From assembly GCA_965209055.1 (NCBI GenBank), contig OZ242374.1, positions 3,968,001-4,032,000 on the forward strand: a stretch of 64,000 nucleotides of DNA, in the 5' to 3' direction. The notes below the pieces were generated by a model that was given only the letters and a program-made list of their open reading frames with translations, ran no database searches and was not told the origin of the DNA. The DNA comes from Acidobacteriota bacterium (GTDB lineage Bacteria; Acidobacteriota; UBA6911; RPQK01; JAJDTT01). Made by a program: the position numbers and the translations under genes. Below, piece by piece: positions 19,328 through 27,827 of this stretch (position 1 is its first letter; each line of letters opens with the position of its first letter).

Positions 19328-20314
19328 CTAACTCTCCCGAGGATGGGTCTTCAACAGGGACAGGACTTCGCCCAAGGGGGGGATGCCGGATCTGGCGCCG
19401 ACGCGGGTGCAGGCCAGGCCCGCGGCGGCACCGGCAAAGAGGAGGCAACGCTCCACGCTCCAGTCCTGGAAGAGGCTGTAGATGAAAGCTCCGTGAAAGA
19501 CGTCACCCGCTCCGTTGGTATCGACGGGACGGACGGGGAAAGCGGGGAGCTGGAAGATCCTGCCGTTCCAGATTGCGGCGGTCCCCTCACGGCCACGGGT
19601 CATGGCCACGAAACCGCGGCTCCGCCGGGCCAGTTCCCTCAATCCCGATCTCCAGTCCTCATGCCCGGTGAAATTCCGCACGAAGGCCTCACTCGGAATC
19701 AGAAAGTCGGTCAGCTCGACGACCTCGTGGATGCCCGGCTGGACGTCGTCCACGTCCAGGGACACCTTCATCCCAGCCTCTCTGGCCCAGCGGGCGGCGT
19801 GGAGGTTGGCGTCCGGATCGCAGCCGTCCAGGTGAAGGAGCCGGCCGGAAACGATCCACTCCCGTTTCAGTTCGCCCTCGGCGTATCGCAGTCTCCGGTC
19901 CCGGTGCCATAGGACGGTCCTCTCTCCCGTGAGGCGATCGACCAGGATGATGCCTACTTGGGTGGTCGCGCCGGGAACGACCCGGACACAGGAGAGGTCC
20001 ATGGGCTCCCGTCTCAGATCCGCAAGCGAGAACCGGCCCAGGTCGTCTCCTCCCACACTTCCGATGAATCTGGCCTTGAGGCCGTAACGTCCGCAGAGTG
20101 CTGTAGCCGTGGCCACCGGTCCGCCGCCCAGCTTCGTAACTTCGTCGCATTCGGTCCGGCTGCTGTGGGCCGGATAATGGGGAAGGAAGCACACCCAGTC
20201 CACCGCGTCCATCCCCTGTCCGATCACGTGAAAGGACCTGTCCCGGGGCCAGCGAATATCGAAAAAGGCGCGATGGAGAGGGCTGGAGGACGATTTGGGA
20301 TTTGGGCCGGTCAT
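19328..20314 (-). CDS. PfkB family sugar kinase (sulfofructose kinase-like)
   Basis: GGGPVATA, GSVGGDDLG, DTNGAGDVFHGAF; start estimated at ATG 20314. Confidence 0.88.
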   Translation of the reverse strand: MTGPNPKSSSSPLHRAFFDIRWPRDRSFHVIGQGMDAVDWVCFLPHYPAHSSRTECDEVTKLGGGPVATATALCGRYGLKARFIGSVGGDDLGRFSLADLRREPMDLSCVRVVPGATTQVGIILVDRLTGERTVLWHRDRRLRYAEGELKREWIVSGRLLHLDGCDPDANLHAARWAREAGMKVSLDVDDVQPGIHEVVELTDFLIPSEAFVRNFTGHEDWRSGLRELARRSRGFVAMTRGREGTAAIWNGRIFQLPAFPVRPVDTNGAGDVFHGAFIYSLFQDWSVERCLLFAGAAAGLACTRVGARSGIPPLGEVLSLLKTHPRES

Positions 20315-20369
20315 CCGGGCGTGTTCCCGGTTGCGGTGAGATGCGGGATATTCACGGTGGACGTCCCGA

Positions 20370-21044
20370 TCAGAGCAGGCCTTCGTCGGCGAAACTGAAG
20401 TACCGGTGGGGTCCGATGATAACATGGTCCAGAACCCGGATCCCCACCATCTCGCCGGTGGCCACGAGGCGGCGTATGATCTCACGGTCCTCCCGGCTCG
20501 GTGTCGGATCCCCGCTGGGATGGTTGTGAGCCAGGATGACGCCGACCGCCGCTTCCTCGATGGCCGGCCTGAAGACTTCCCGCGGGTGGACCAGAGACGA
20601 AGTCAGCGTTCCCTCCGAGACTTTCACCAGTTTCAGGGTGCGGTTCTTTCCATCCAGAAGGAGAGTCCAAAAGCATTCCTTGAGAAGCGCCGGGACCGAA
20701 CCTCGAAAGTGGCGGTAAACCTGGGCGCTGTTGTGAAGCGAGTCGCCGGCCGCAAGAGGAACGTTCCCCAATCGCTGGAAGAGGTGGGCCGCAGCCAGTA
20801 GGGCGTGAGTCTGTCTCCGGGTCATTCCGGCCTGCCGGAGAAGCGAGTAGCTTGCCCGGCGCAGCCTCCGGATCGAACCCAGCAGTTCCAGGATTCGCCG
20901 GGCCCGCGTAAGAGCCTGCTGATCCGAGTCGGTCGGAGCGAGGACCAACGCCAACAGTTCCACATCCGAGAGTGAATTCCAGCCGGACTCGAAGAGTCGC
21001 TGCGCAGGCAGGAGTTCGGCGCTTCCATTCATATTCAGTAACAA
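20370..21044 (-). CDS. radC: RadC/JAB domain protein
   Basis: LSDVELLALVL, VHPREVF, AHNHPSGDPTPS.ED, VLDHVIIG. Confidence 0.93.
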   Translation of the reverse strand: MLLNMNGSAELLPAQRLFESGWNSLSDVELLALVLAPTDSDQQALTRARRILELLGSIRRLRRASYSLLRQAGMTRRQTHALLAAAHLFQRLGNVPLAAGDSLHNSAQVYRHFRGSVPALLKECFWTLLLDGKNRTLKLVKVSEGTLTSSLVHPREVFRPAIEEAAVGVILAHNHPSGDPTPSREDREIIRRLVATGEMVGIRVLDHVIIGPHRYFSFADEGLL

Positions 21045-21117
21045 CGAGTCAGATCGGCAATCAATGGGAAAAGATTTTCCGCGGAGACAACCTTCGTTTG
21101 CCCTGTCTTACGGTGAC

Positions 21118-21146
21118 TTGTGAGGGAACGGGGATGGTGGTATGGT
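21118..21146 (+). promoter_or_regulatory. Putative sigma70 promoter for RRM gene
   Basis: TTGTGA-17 nt-TATGGT with extended -10 TG. Confidence 0.35.
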
Positions 21147-21269
21147 GATTTCAACCTGAATGACCTGCTCATTCCAAATAGCCTGATCCGAACATCCGGG
21201 ATTTGTGGCGTGGTCCGTCTTGGGGACAGACCGGCGTCGGGCGGGATTTCACTATCCTAAGGAGTCCGA

Positions 21270-21584
21270 ATGAACAAAATTTTCGTTGGCAATCTGAGCT
21301 TCAGCGTCAGTGAGAGCGCCCTGGAAATGTTTATCCGCGAGTTCGGTATAGAGGTCGAAGAGATTCGGATCATTCGAGACCGCTATACCGGCCGGTCCAG
21401 AGGCTTTGGATTCGTTGAGTTGCGCGAAGGCCAGGATCTGGATGAAGTCATTTCACAGTTGCACGGAAGGAATCTGGAAGGGCGCGACCTTCGGGTCGAT
21501 CGGGCCAATGAGCGCCCCAAGAGAGACTCGTACGGAGGCCGAAAGGATTCGTTCGGGGACCGGCCGCGACGCCGGTACTATTGA
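21270..21584 (+). CDS. RRM RNA-binding protein
   Basis: RNP2 IFVGNL, RNP1 RGFGFVEL, Arg/Gly tail; RBS TAAGGAG. Confidence 0.95.
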   Translation: MNKIFVGNLSFSVSESALEMFIREFGIEVEEIRIIRDRYTGRSRGFGFVELREGQDLDEVISQLHGRNLEGRDLRVDRANERPKRDSYGGRKDSFGDRPRRRYY

Positions 21585-21589
21585 GACCC

Positions 21590-21608
21590 CGCGGTGAGCC
21601 TCACCGCG
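21590..21608. terminator. Hairpin between convergent genes
   Basis: CGCGGTGA-gcc-TCACCGCG; no clear U-tract. Confidence 0.35.
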
Positions 21609-21621
21609 AAACCCTTCCTCC

Positions 21622-22251
21622 TCAGCTCCGCTTGACGCTCACCGATACTCCGTCCCGAATCGGAATCACGGTGGAAACGTACTCTTCGTTCCGGAAGATC
21701 AGCCGCGTATACTCCCGCATTCCCCGGACATTTTCATCGGCGCCCGATTTCAGAACCCGCCCCTGACACAAGAGATTGTCCGAGATCAGCATTCCGCCCG
21801 CCTTCAACAATCTTGAGGCCTGAGTGAACACCAGCGGATACCGAGCCTTGTCCACGTCGTTGAAAATGATGTCGAACGGCCCGGAGACCTGCTTGAGTGT
21901 CCTTAGGGCATCCCCGACTCGAAATTCCGTGCGGCAGGAGATTTCTCCCCGTCTGAAATAACTCTCGGCGTCTCGAAGGTTCCGGGACGAGAGATCGGTC
22001 AGAATGAGCTGGCCGCCGGAGCCAACGGCAGAACCGAACCAGTAGCCGGAATATCCGAATCCCGAACCCAATTCCAGAATGCGTTTGGCTCCGCTGATGC
22101 AGGCAAGCTGAAACAGCAGGCGTCCCACCAATGGACCGACGATGGGAAAGGAGTCGGCCGCCGCCCGGGACTCCATTTCCGCCAGGATCGAGTCTCGCGG
22201 GGGGCAAGCCCGGAGCAGATACGCGTCGATGTCCGCCAAGAGCATGTTCAT
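21622..22251 (-). CDS. Class I SAM-dependent O-methyltransferase
   Basis: FPIVGPLVG, ILELGSGFGYS, FDIIFNDVDK, GGMLISDN; start ATG 22251. Confidence 0.9.
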   Translation of the reverse strand: MNMLLADIDAYLLRACPPRDSILAEMESRAAADSFPIVGPLVGRLLFQLACISGAKRILELGSGFGYSGYWFGSAVGSGGQLILTDLSSRNLRDAESYFRRGEISCRTEFRVGDALRTLKQVSGPFDIIFNDVDKARYPLVFTQASRLLKAGGMLISDNLLCQGRVLKSGADENVRGMREYTRLIFRNEEYVSTVIPIRDGVSVSVKRS

Positions 22252-22407
22252 GGGGGTATGTTGGCATCCGAGTGGGGTGGGGACAACCGGTGCTTGCGGG
22301 GAACCGTGTAAAACGAAAGAGGGCGCCCACGAGGAGTGCCCCTGCGTTGTTCCCGTAAGCGGAAACAAGGGTCAAGTTGAGGTGGGTGCGATCCAGAAAA
22401 TCGCGGT

Positions 22408-24171
22408 CTATGGCGGCGAACCGGTGGACGGGCCTGGGAGATCCATAGCCGAGGCCACCGGCGAAAAGATGGGATCGTCCTCACGCCAAGGGCGCCGGCA
22501 GGGTTGTCGGCTTTGGTAAAGCGCGAGGTTTTCGTTCAGGAGCCGCGCCAGATCGAAGCGCTGGTTCCGCTGTAGATCGGAAATCATGGCCCGTTGCATC
22601 TCGGCTGCCCGTTCAAACTGCCCCGTTGCGGCGAAGGCCATCGCCAGAGTTTCGACGTATTCCAGTTCAAGCTCGCCCTGGCCCTCGAACAGGCCTTTGA
22701 GAATCTGCAACGCTCTCATTCCATTTCGGATCTTTGGGTCGGGAGAAGCGGCGAGCAGCCGAGCCACGGCGTGCGTCATGTCGGCGTGGCCTGGAAAAGC
22801 CTGCAGTCCTTGCTCCAATACCTCTAACGCCTGCTCATGCCGGCCCAATTGGACCAGGGCCATGGCCCGCATGAAATGTGCCAGGATGCTCATTTGCCGG
22901 ATCTGTCCGCCTCCAGCGCTATCGGCCGGGGACCGGCTGGCGAAACCGGAATCGAGTTCGGCGACGGCCGCGTAGCGGGGGATGGCCTGATCGAAACGCC
23001 GGAGGCGCATCAGCAGATTGGCCAACTGAAAGTGCGCCTCCATGAACCCCGGGTTCGCCTCAATGGCTCGCTGATAGTGCCTGGCCGCTTCCTCTTCGGA
23101 CTGCAACCCCATCAACGTGGTTCCCAGGTAGTAATGGAGCATGGGATTTCCGGGCGAGACCCGCAGCGCCTGAGCGTATTCCCGCGCCGCGCCTTGGAGG
23201 TCCCCCATTCGAGCCAACGCCGAACCCAGATCGGTGAGCGGAACCGGGTTCTTGGGATCCAGAGCCACCGAGGTGCGGTATTCCTTGACGGCCTCCGCAA
23301 ATCGCCCTTTTCCGAACGCCCGCATTCCACGGACCCAATGATGGCGCCAACCTGTGGTCAGATCGTCCAGGGCTTCCATCAGGGGATCCGGATAACCGGC
23401 GGTGGCATGGCCGCGCCGGAGCCTCTCCAGCATGGCGACCTGCTGGAAATGGGCCTGGGCCTGGTCCAGGTCTCCTTGCCTTCGGTAACTCATGGCCAAC
23501 AGGTAGTGGATGCTGTTGGCTTCCGGTTGCAACGCCAGGGCGGCCTCGAAGTTGCGGATGGCTTCCTTGGTGCTCCGTCTTGAGGAGGCGATCTTTCCTA
23601 TCCCCACCAGGGCGGGAGCACAGTCTTCGTCCAGTGCCAGCGCCCGCTCGAACAACGGCTGCGCCCGGTCGTAGCGGTTCAAGCTGAGGTGGCCTTCAGC
23701 AGCGCCCAATATGGCCGGGACGTTCTCGGGTTGGTGCTCCATGGCCCGCTGGTAAGCGGCGATGGACTGCTCGAGATCACCCTTGTTCCGAAAGATGTGA
23801 CCCAGGTAGTAAGGCCAGCGAAAGTCTGTCGGCGCCAGTGACTCCGCATTGAGATAGCTGGCCTCGGCCGCGCCCAGGAAATCCTGGACGTGGTAGAGCT
23901 TGCCCATCTCACCGTAGGCTTGGGAGAGTTCCTCGGAGCTGGCCTTTCCCGCTTTCGCCATCGAATCCAGCCCCGCCCGCGTGTCCCTGATTCGCTTCCG
24001 GGCGGCAGGCTCCAGGCGGCTCAAATCCGGGTGGGGAATCGGCTGAATCGAATCATTCGATGGGGAGACCGGCGCGGATTCTCCCGCGGCCGCGAAGGGC
24101 AGGACGCCGAGCCCCAAGAGCAACAGGGCGCCGGCACGAAACCGGTTGCGGTGCTTCGTCGAATCACTCAT
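22408..24171 (-). CDS. Exported TPR protein (paralog of 41736-43463)
   Basis: Signal peptide from ATG 24171; PHPDL start, DFRWPYYLG, TPR arrays, C-terminal QPCRRPWREDDPIFSP. Confidence 0.87.
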   Translation of the reverse strand: MSDSTKHRNRFRAGALLLLGLGVLPFAAAGESAPVSPSNDSIQPIPHPDLSRLEPAARKRIRDTRAGLDSMAKAGKASSEELSQAYGEMGKLYHVQDFLGAAEASYLNAESLAPTDFRWPYYLGHIFRNKGDLEQSIAAYQRAMEHQPENVPAILGAAEGHLSLNRYDRAQPLFERALALDEDCAPALVGIGKIASSRRSTKEAIRNFEAALALQPEANSIHYLLAMSYRRQGDLDQAQAHFQQVAMLERLRRGHATAGYPDPLMEALDDLTTGWRHHWVRGMRAFGKGRFAEAVKEYRTSVALDPKNPVPLTDLGSALARMGDLQGAAREYAQALRVSPGNPMLHYYLGTTLMGLQSEEEAARHYQRAIEANPGFMEAHFQLANLLMRLRRFDQAIPRYAAVAELDSGFASRSPADSAGGGQIRQMSILAHFMRAMALVQLGRHEQALEVLEQGLQAFPGHADMTHAVARLLAASPDPKIRNGMRALQILKGLFEGQGELELEYVETLAMAFAATGQFERAAEMQRAMISDLQRNQRFDLARLLNENLALYQSRQPCRRPWREDDPIFSPVASAMDLPGPSTGSPP

Positions 24172-25939
24172 TCCCGCTGACTGTCCGGCCACTGCCCGCC
24201 AGAAGTGTGGAATAACGGCCAATGGGAAGATCGGTCCACTCCTCGACACCGCCGCCGGGCCAGGTGACACGGACGGCGTCGACTCGGTTCCGGTTCCCCA
24301 GCCCCACCAGCACCCGGGGATCGTTGGCGGAACCGTAGCTGCCGTCGGTCCTGACACGCCGTAGCAGCGTGAGGCCATCAGGGAAGACGACTTCCACCCG
24401 CGCTCCCAACATGTCCCGCGGGAGGTCTTTGCCCAGCAGCCGCAATCCCAACCAGTGACGGCGAGTCCCCACGTTGTTGATGAGCAGGCGTGCCGGACCG
24501 TTGTTGTTGACGATCAGCACGTCCACGTCTCCATCGTTGTCGACATCCCCAAAGGCGCCGCCGCGGCTCACCTCGGAGAGCTGGAAAACGGCTCCGCCTC
24601 GTTGGGTGACCTCCTCGAAACTTCCGTCGCCCAGGTTGCGGAAGAGCTGGTTGGGTTGATGCAACGGATAGGGATCCCGCAGTTTTTCCAGGGCCTCGAT
24701 GGTGGCCACCTCCCCGTGCAGGGCCAGAATGTCCAGCCAACCGTCATTGTCGTAATCCAGGAAGGCGGTCCCGAAACCGGTGTAGGGCATGCTCGCGACC
24801 CCCAATTCGCTCTCGAAGGTCTGGTCTTCGAACCATCCCTGTCCATTGTTGAGGTAGAGCGTATTGGTTTCCCGGATCAGATGGGTCATGAAGAGGTCTT
24901 CGTCGCCGTCGTTGTCCAGGTCTCCGGCGTCGACTCCCATGCTGGCCTCGGTCTTCCCGTCCCGGTTCAGGGCGCAGCCGGCCACCAGCGCTTCCTCCCG
25001 GTAACTGCCGTTTTTCTGGTTCATCCACAGGTGATTGGGACGTTGATCGTTGGCGACGTAGAAATCGATCCAGCCATCTCCGTTGAAGTCGGCGCTCACC
25101 ACCCCCAGCGCGCCGCCGTGCCTGGTGGCGACGCCGGTCCGGGAGGACACGTCCTGGAATGTCCCGTCACCCCGGTTGCGATAGAAACGGTTGGACTGGG
25201 CCGGGTAGCTGCGGGGTCCACAGTAGTCGATGGCGCCGGTACTGGAGTAGCACTTCTTGGGATTGGACAGCCGGTAGTCCACGTAGTTGCCCACGAAAAG
25301 GTCCAGCCAACCGTCCCGGTCGTAGTCCAGGAAGGAGGCGCTCACGCTCCACGCCGTATCGGCGCCGTCACCCACGGGGACCTCGGTGAAGGTGCCGTTG
25401 CCGTTGTTGCGGTACATCCGGTTCCTGCCGAAGTTGGTGACGTAGAGATCGACCCAGCCATCGTTGTCGATGTCTCCCGCCGCCACGCCCATTCCGTAGC
25501 CCAGCGAGACGATCCCGCTCTCGGCGGTCACGTCGGTAAAGCGCAGGTTGGGCGTCCCGTCCGGGTTCGACGTCAGGTCGTTTCGAAAGAGCCGGTCACG
25601 GAGCGGAGGCTCTTCCGGCGGCGGAAAGAGGGCGTCGTCGATGGTCTTGTCCGGGCCCAGCATCTGTCCCTGAACCAGGTAGACGTCCAGGTCGCCGTCG
25701 TTGTCGAAGTCCAAGAGGGCGCCTCCGGGACCCATCATCTCGCAAAAATAGTATTCCCCGGACATTCCGTTGAAGTGGCGGAAGTGGATTCCGGCTGCCG
25801 GGGCGACGTCCTCGAACCAATCGGCGCCGGTGTCTCCCGTCTTGGACGGGTGCGTCCACGAGGTGAAGAACCCCAAGGTGGCGACCCCGATCAGCAGGAT
25901 CATCCGGTTGTGTTGTGGGTTTGAATGAGGACTAGCCAC
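24164..25939 (-). CDS. CRTAC1 family FG-GAP / ASPIC-UnbV protein
   Basis: Repeated DxDxDGxxD Ca-binding blades, SRGGAFGDVDNDGD, ASPIC/UnbV tail (GSYGSANDPRVLVGLG..VTWPGG); start ambiguous (25978/25939/25903). Confidence 0.9.
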   Translation of the reverse strand: MASPHSNPQHNRMILLIGVATLGFFTSWTHPSKTGDTGADWFEDVAPAAGIHFRHFNGMSGEYYFCEMMGPGGALLDFDNDGDLDVYLVQGQMLGPDKTIDDALFPPPEEPPLRDRLFRNDLTSNPDGTPNLRFTDVTAESGIVSLGYGMGVAAGDIDNDGWVDLYVTNFGRNRMYRNNGNGTFTEVPVGDGADTAWSVSASFLDYDRDGWLDLFVGNYVDYRLSNPKKCYSSTGAIDYCGPRSYPAQSNRFYRNRGDGTFQDVSSRTGVATRHGGALGVVSADFNGDGWIDFYVANDQRPNHLWMNQKNGSYREEALVAGCALNRDGKTEASMGVDAGDLDNDGDEDLFMTHLIRETNTLYLNNGQGWFEDQTFESELGVASMPYTGFGTAFLDYDNDGWLDILALHGEVATIEALEKLRDPYPLHQPNQLFRNLGDGSFEEVTQRGGAVFQLSEVSRGGAFGDVDNDGDVDVLIVNNNGPARLLINNVGTRRHWLGLRLLGKDLPRDMLGARVEVVFPDGLTLLRRVRTDGSYGSANDPRVLVGLGNRNRVDAVRVTWPGGGVEEWTDLPIGRYSTLLAGSGRTVSGNE

Positions 25940-27569
25940 CTTTGACTCGGAAGCTGTCTCCGACCTGAGTCCTGGCATCGTTGAGCTGATCCCAAGCTTC
26001 GACTTCCACCCGGTAGGTTCCGGGTTCCAGGCCCCCCAGGTGAAAGCCCTTCACCAGGACCAGTCTGTCCGGCGAGAAAAACTGAACCGACTCCCCGTTG
26101 TTGTCGGTGGTTTCGTGAATGAGGTCGCCGCCGCGCCTGATCTGATAACGCACCTTCAACTCGGGCGCGTTGGAGGATTGATCCAGGCCGAAATTGTACA
26201 GATGCAGGTAAACCGCCAGCAGGGACTTGGGGGAAAAACTCTTGTCCATGCTGGGCCGTATTTTGACGTCTCCCAAAACGAACATCTGGTTGTCTTCGGG
26301 GACCTGGTCCAGCTTGCGGATGAAGTCGGAAAGAACGAGCGAACTGTTGCTCAGTTTCGCTCCTTCCTTCAATCCCGACGGCGGAATGATGGCTTGTTTG
26401 ACGGCGCCGATGTTGCTGCTTTCGACGTCCTTCACGACCAGATCGAGCTTGTATCGGGTCTTGTTGTCCAGAATCAGGACTTTCTGGTACATCGATCGGC
26501 CCCTCAAACTCCTTTCAAACTGCTCCGGCGTGTATGAGATCACCAGTTCATCGTCGAATTCCTGGATCAACTGATTGTCCAAGCTGGTCACGGCGCCGTA
26601 GAGGCCGATTCGAGCGGTATGCAGATCTCCCTTTCGCTTGAAGGTCATGTCCTTGTTCTGGAGTTGCAAGGTGACGGGAACCAGAAGCTTCTCCCGGTTG
26701 AGCTTGAAGTAGTCCCTTCGAACCTGGAAAGCGAGGTTTGAATAGCCGATGTTGACCTTCACCAACTCCTTCAGATCGTTGTACTTGATCTCCTTGGGGG
26801 TCTGCACCTTGGAGAAAATCTCGTAGCGGTAAAAGGGGTTGTTCCGAAAACTGCCGGTGTTGTAGGCGGGGTTGTGGCGTCCCGGAGCAAAATAGGGGCG
26901 GTCCTCTTTTTTGGTGAGACCTACCTGCTCGGCCCAGGTCAGGCCCTGACCCGGCATGTGCAGTAGGGCGTCCTTTTCTTCCGGATTGAGAGCCAGGTGG
27001 TAGTCTCCGGTGAAGGACTTGTCCACGAATTCCAACTCGATGTCGTCTCCGATGCCCTCCAGGTGCCGATAGCGCCACCGTTCGAATGCATAGACGGTCG
27101 TCTGTCCGCCACCCTGTTCGAATTCGCGGTCGTAGAAGCTTCCTGCGGCGTAGGTCTCGATTTCAGCCGGTTCCCCGTGAATGATGTAGACACGGCCCCG
27201 ATCCGAGCGCCATCCCTCCTTGCCGGAGTGGAATCGCTCATTGGCATAGGCGATGCGCCGATAGTGTTCTTCCTTGAACTCGTTGAGCGCCGTCCGGGGA
27301 TCGGGGTCTCGCCGGCGCCAGAACTGTTCGATGAAGCGTTCCTTTTCGTCCTCCGTCGTCAGCTTTGCAAAGACCGACTTCTCCTCTTCCGTAATAATGT
27401 AGACGGCATCCCGTTCCAGCCAGTTCTTGAAATAGTCCTCACTTTCCTCACGGCGAACGTCGGGATCCACCTTTTGCTTTGCCGCCATCGCGGGAAAGAA
27501 AGGCCCCAGCGACAGAATCATCAATAGGGGAGGGAATAGAAGACGCACGGCTCTGGCCCTTCGTTCCAT
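25932..27569 (-). CDS. GWxTD domain-containing protein
   Basis: Signal peptide; WLERDAVYIIT.EE, FWRRRDPDP, EHYRRIAYAN, GWRSDRGRVYIIHGEP; the upstream extension to 28727 is a shadow of the opposite-strand gene. Confidence 0.9.
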   Translation of the reverse strand: MERRARAVRLLFPPLLMILSLGPFFPAMAAKQKVDPDVRREESEDYFKNWLERDAVYIITEEEKSVFAKLTTEDEKERFIEQFWRRRDPDPRTALNEFKEEHYRRIAYANERFHSGKEGWRSDRGRVYIIHGEPAEIETYAAGSFYDREFEQGGGQTTVYAFERWRYRHLEGIGDDIELEFVDKSFTGDYHLALNPEEKDALLHMPGQGLTWAEQVGLTKKEDRPYFAPGRHNPAYNTGSFRNNPFYRYEIFSKVQTPKEIKYNDLKELVKVNIGYSNLAFQVRRDYFKLNREKLLVPVTLQLQNKDMTFKRKGDLHTARIGLYGAVTSLDNQLIQEFDDELVISYTPEQFERSLRGRSMYQKVLILDNKTRYKLDLVVKDVESSNIGAVKQAIIPPSGLKEGAKLSNSSLVLSDFIRKLDQVPEDNQMFVLGDVKIRPSMDKSFSPKSLLAVYLHLYNFGLDQSSNAPELKVRYQIRRGGDLIHETTDNNGESVQFFSPDRLVLVKGFHLGGLEPGTYRVEVEAWDQLNDARTQVGDSFRVKGG

Positions 27570-27827
27570 TGGAGATCTCATCGAGTCGAGCCCGGTTCGG
27601 ACTAGTTTAGGCAAGATCCGATTGGGGTTCAATGACGGAGCGCCGTCGATCTGCAGGGCCGTCGCACGGTGGGTGACCGGTACCTGAAGAGGGACAGCCG
27701 CAGGGTTGGTCCCGACTTGACCGGTTTGACGGTCAGGCCGCAGGATGGGTTCGGTGGCGGCAATCGTCATTTCAATTGAGACAGACCGCAGATTCGGAAA
27801 TCTCTGCCCCCTGCTTGAGACAAGCCG

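Noticed and set aside
20370-21044. RadC as a marker of a mobile or anti-defence island
   Set aside because: Full-length chromosomal type in housekeeping context, no mobility genes adjacent
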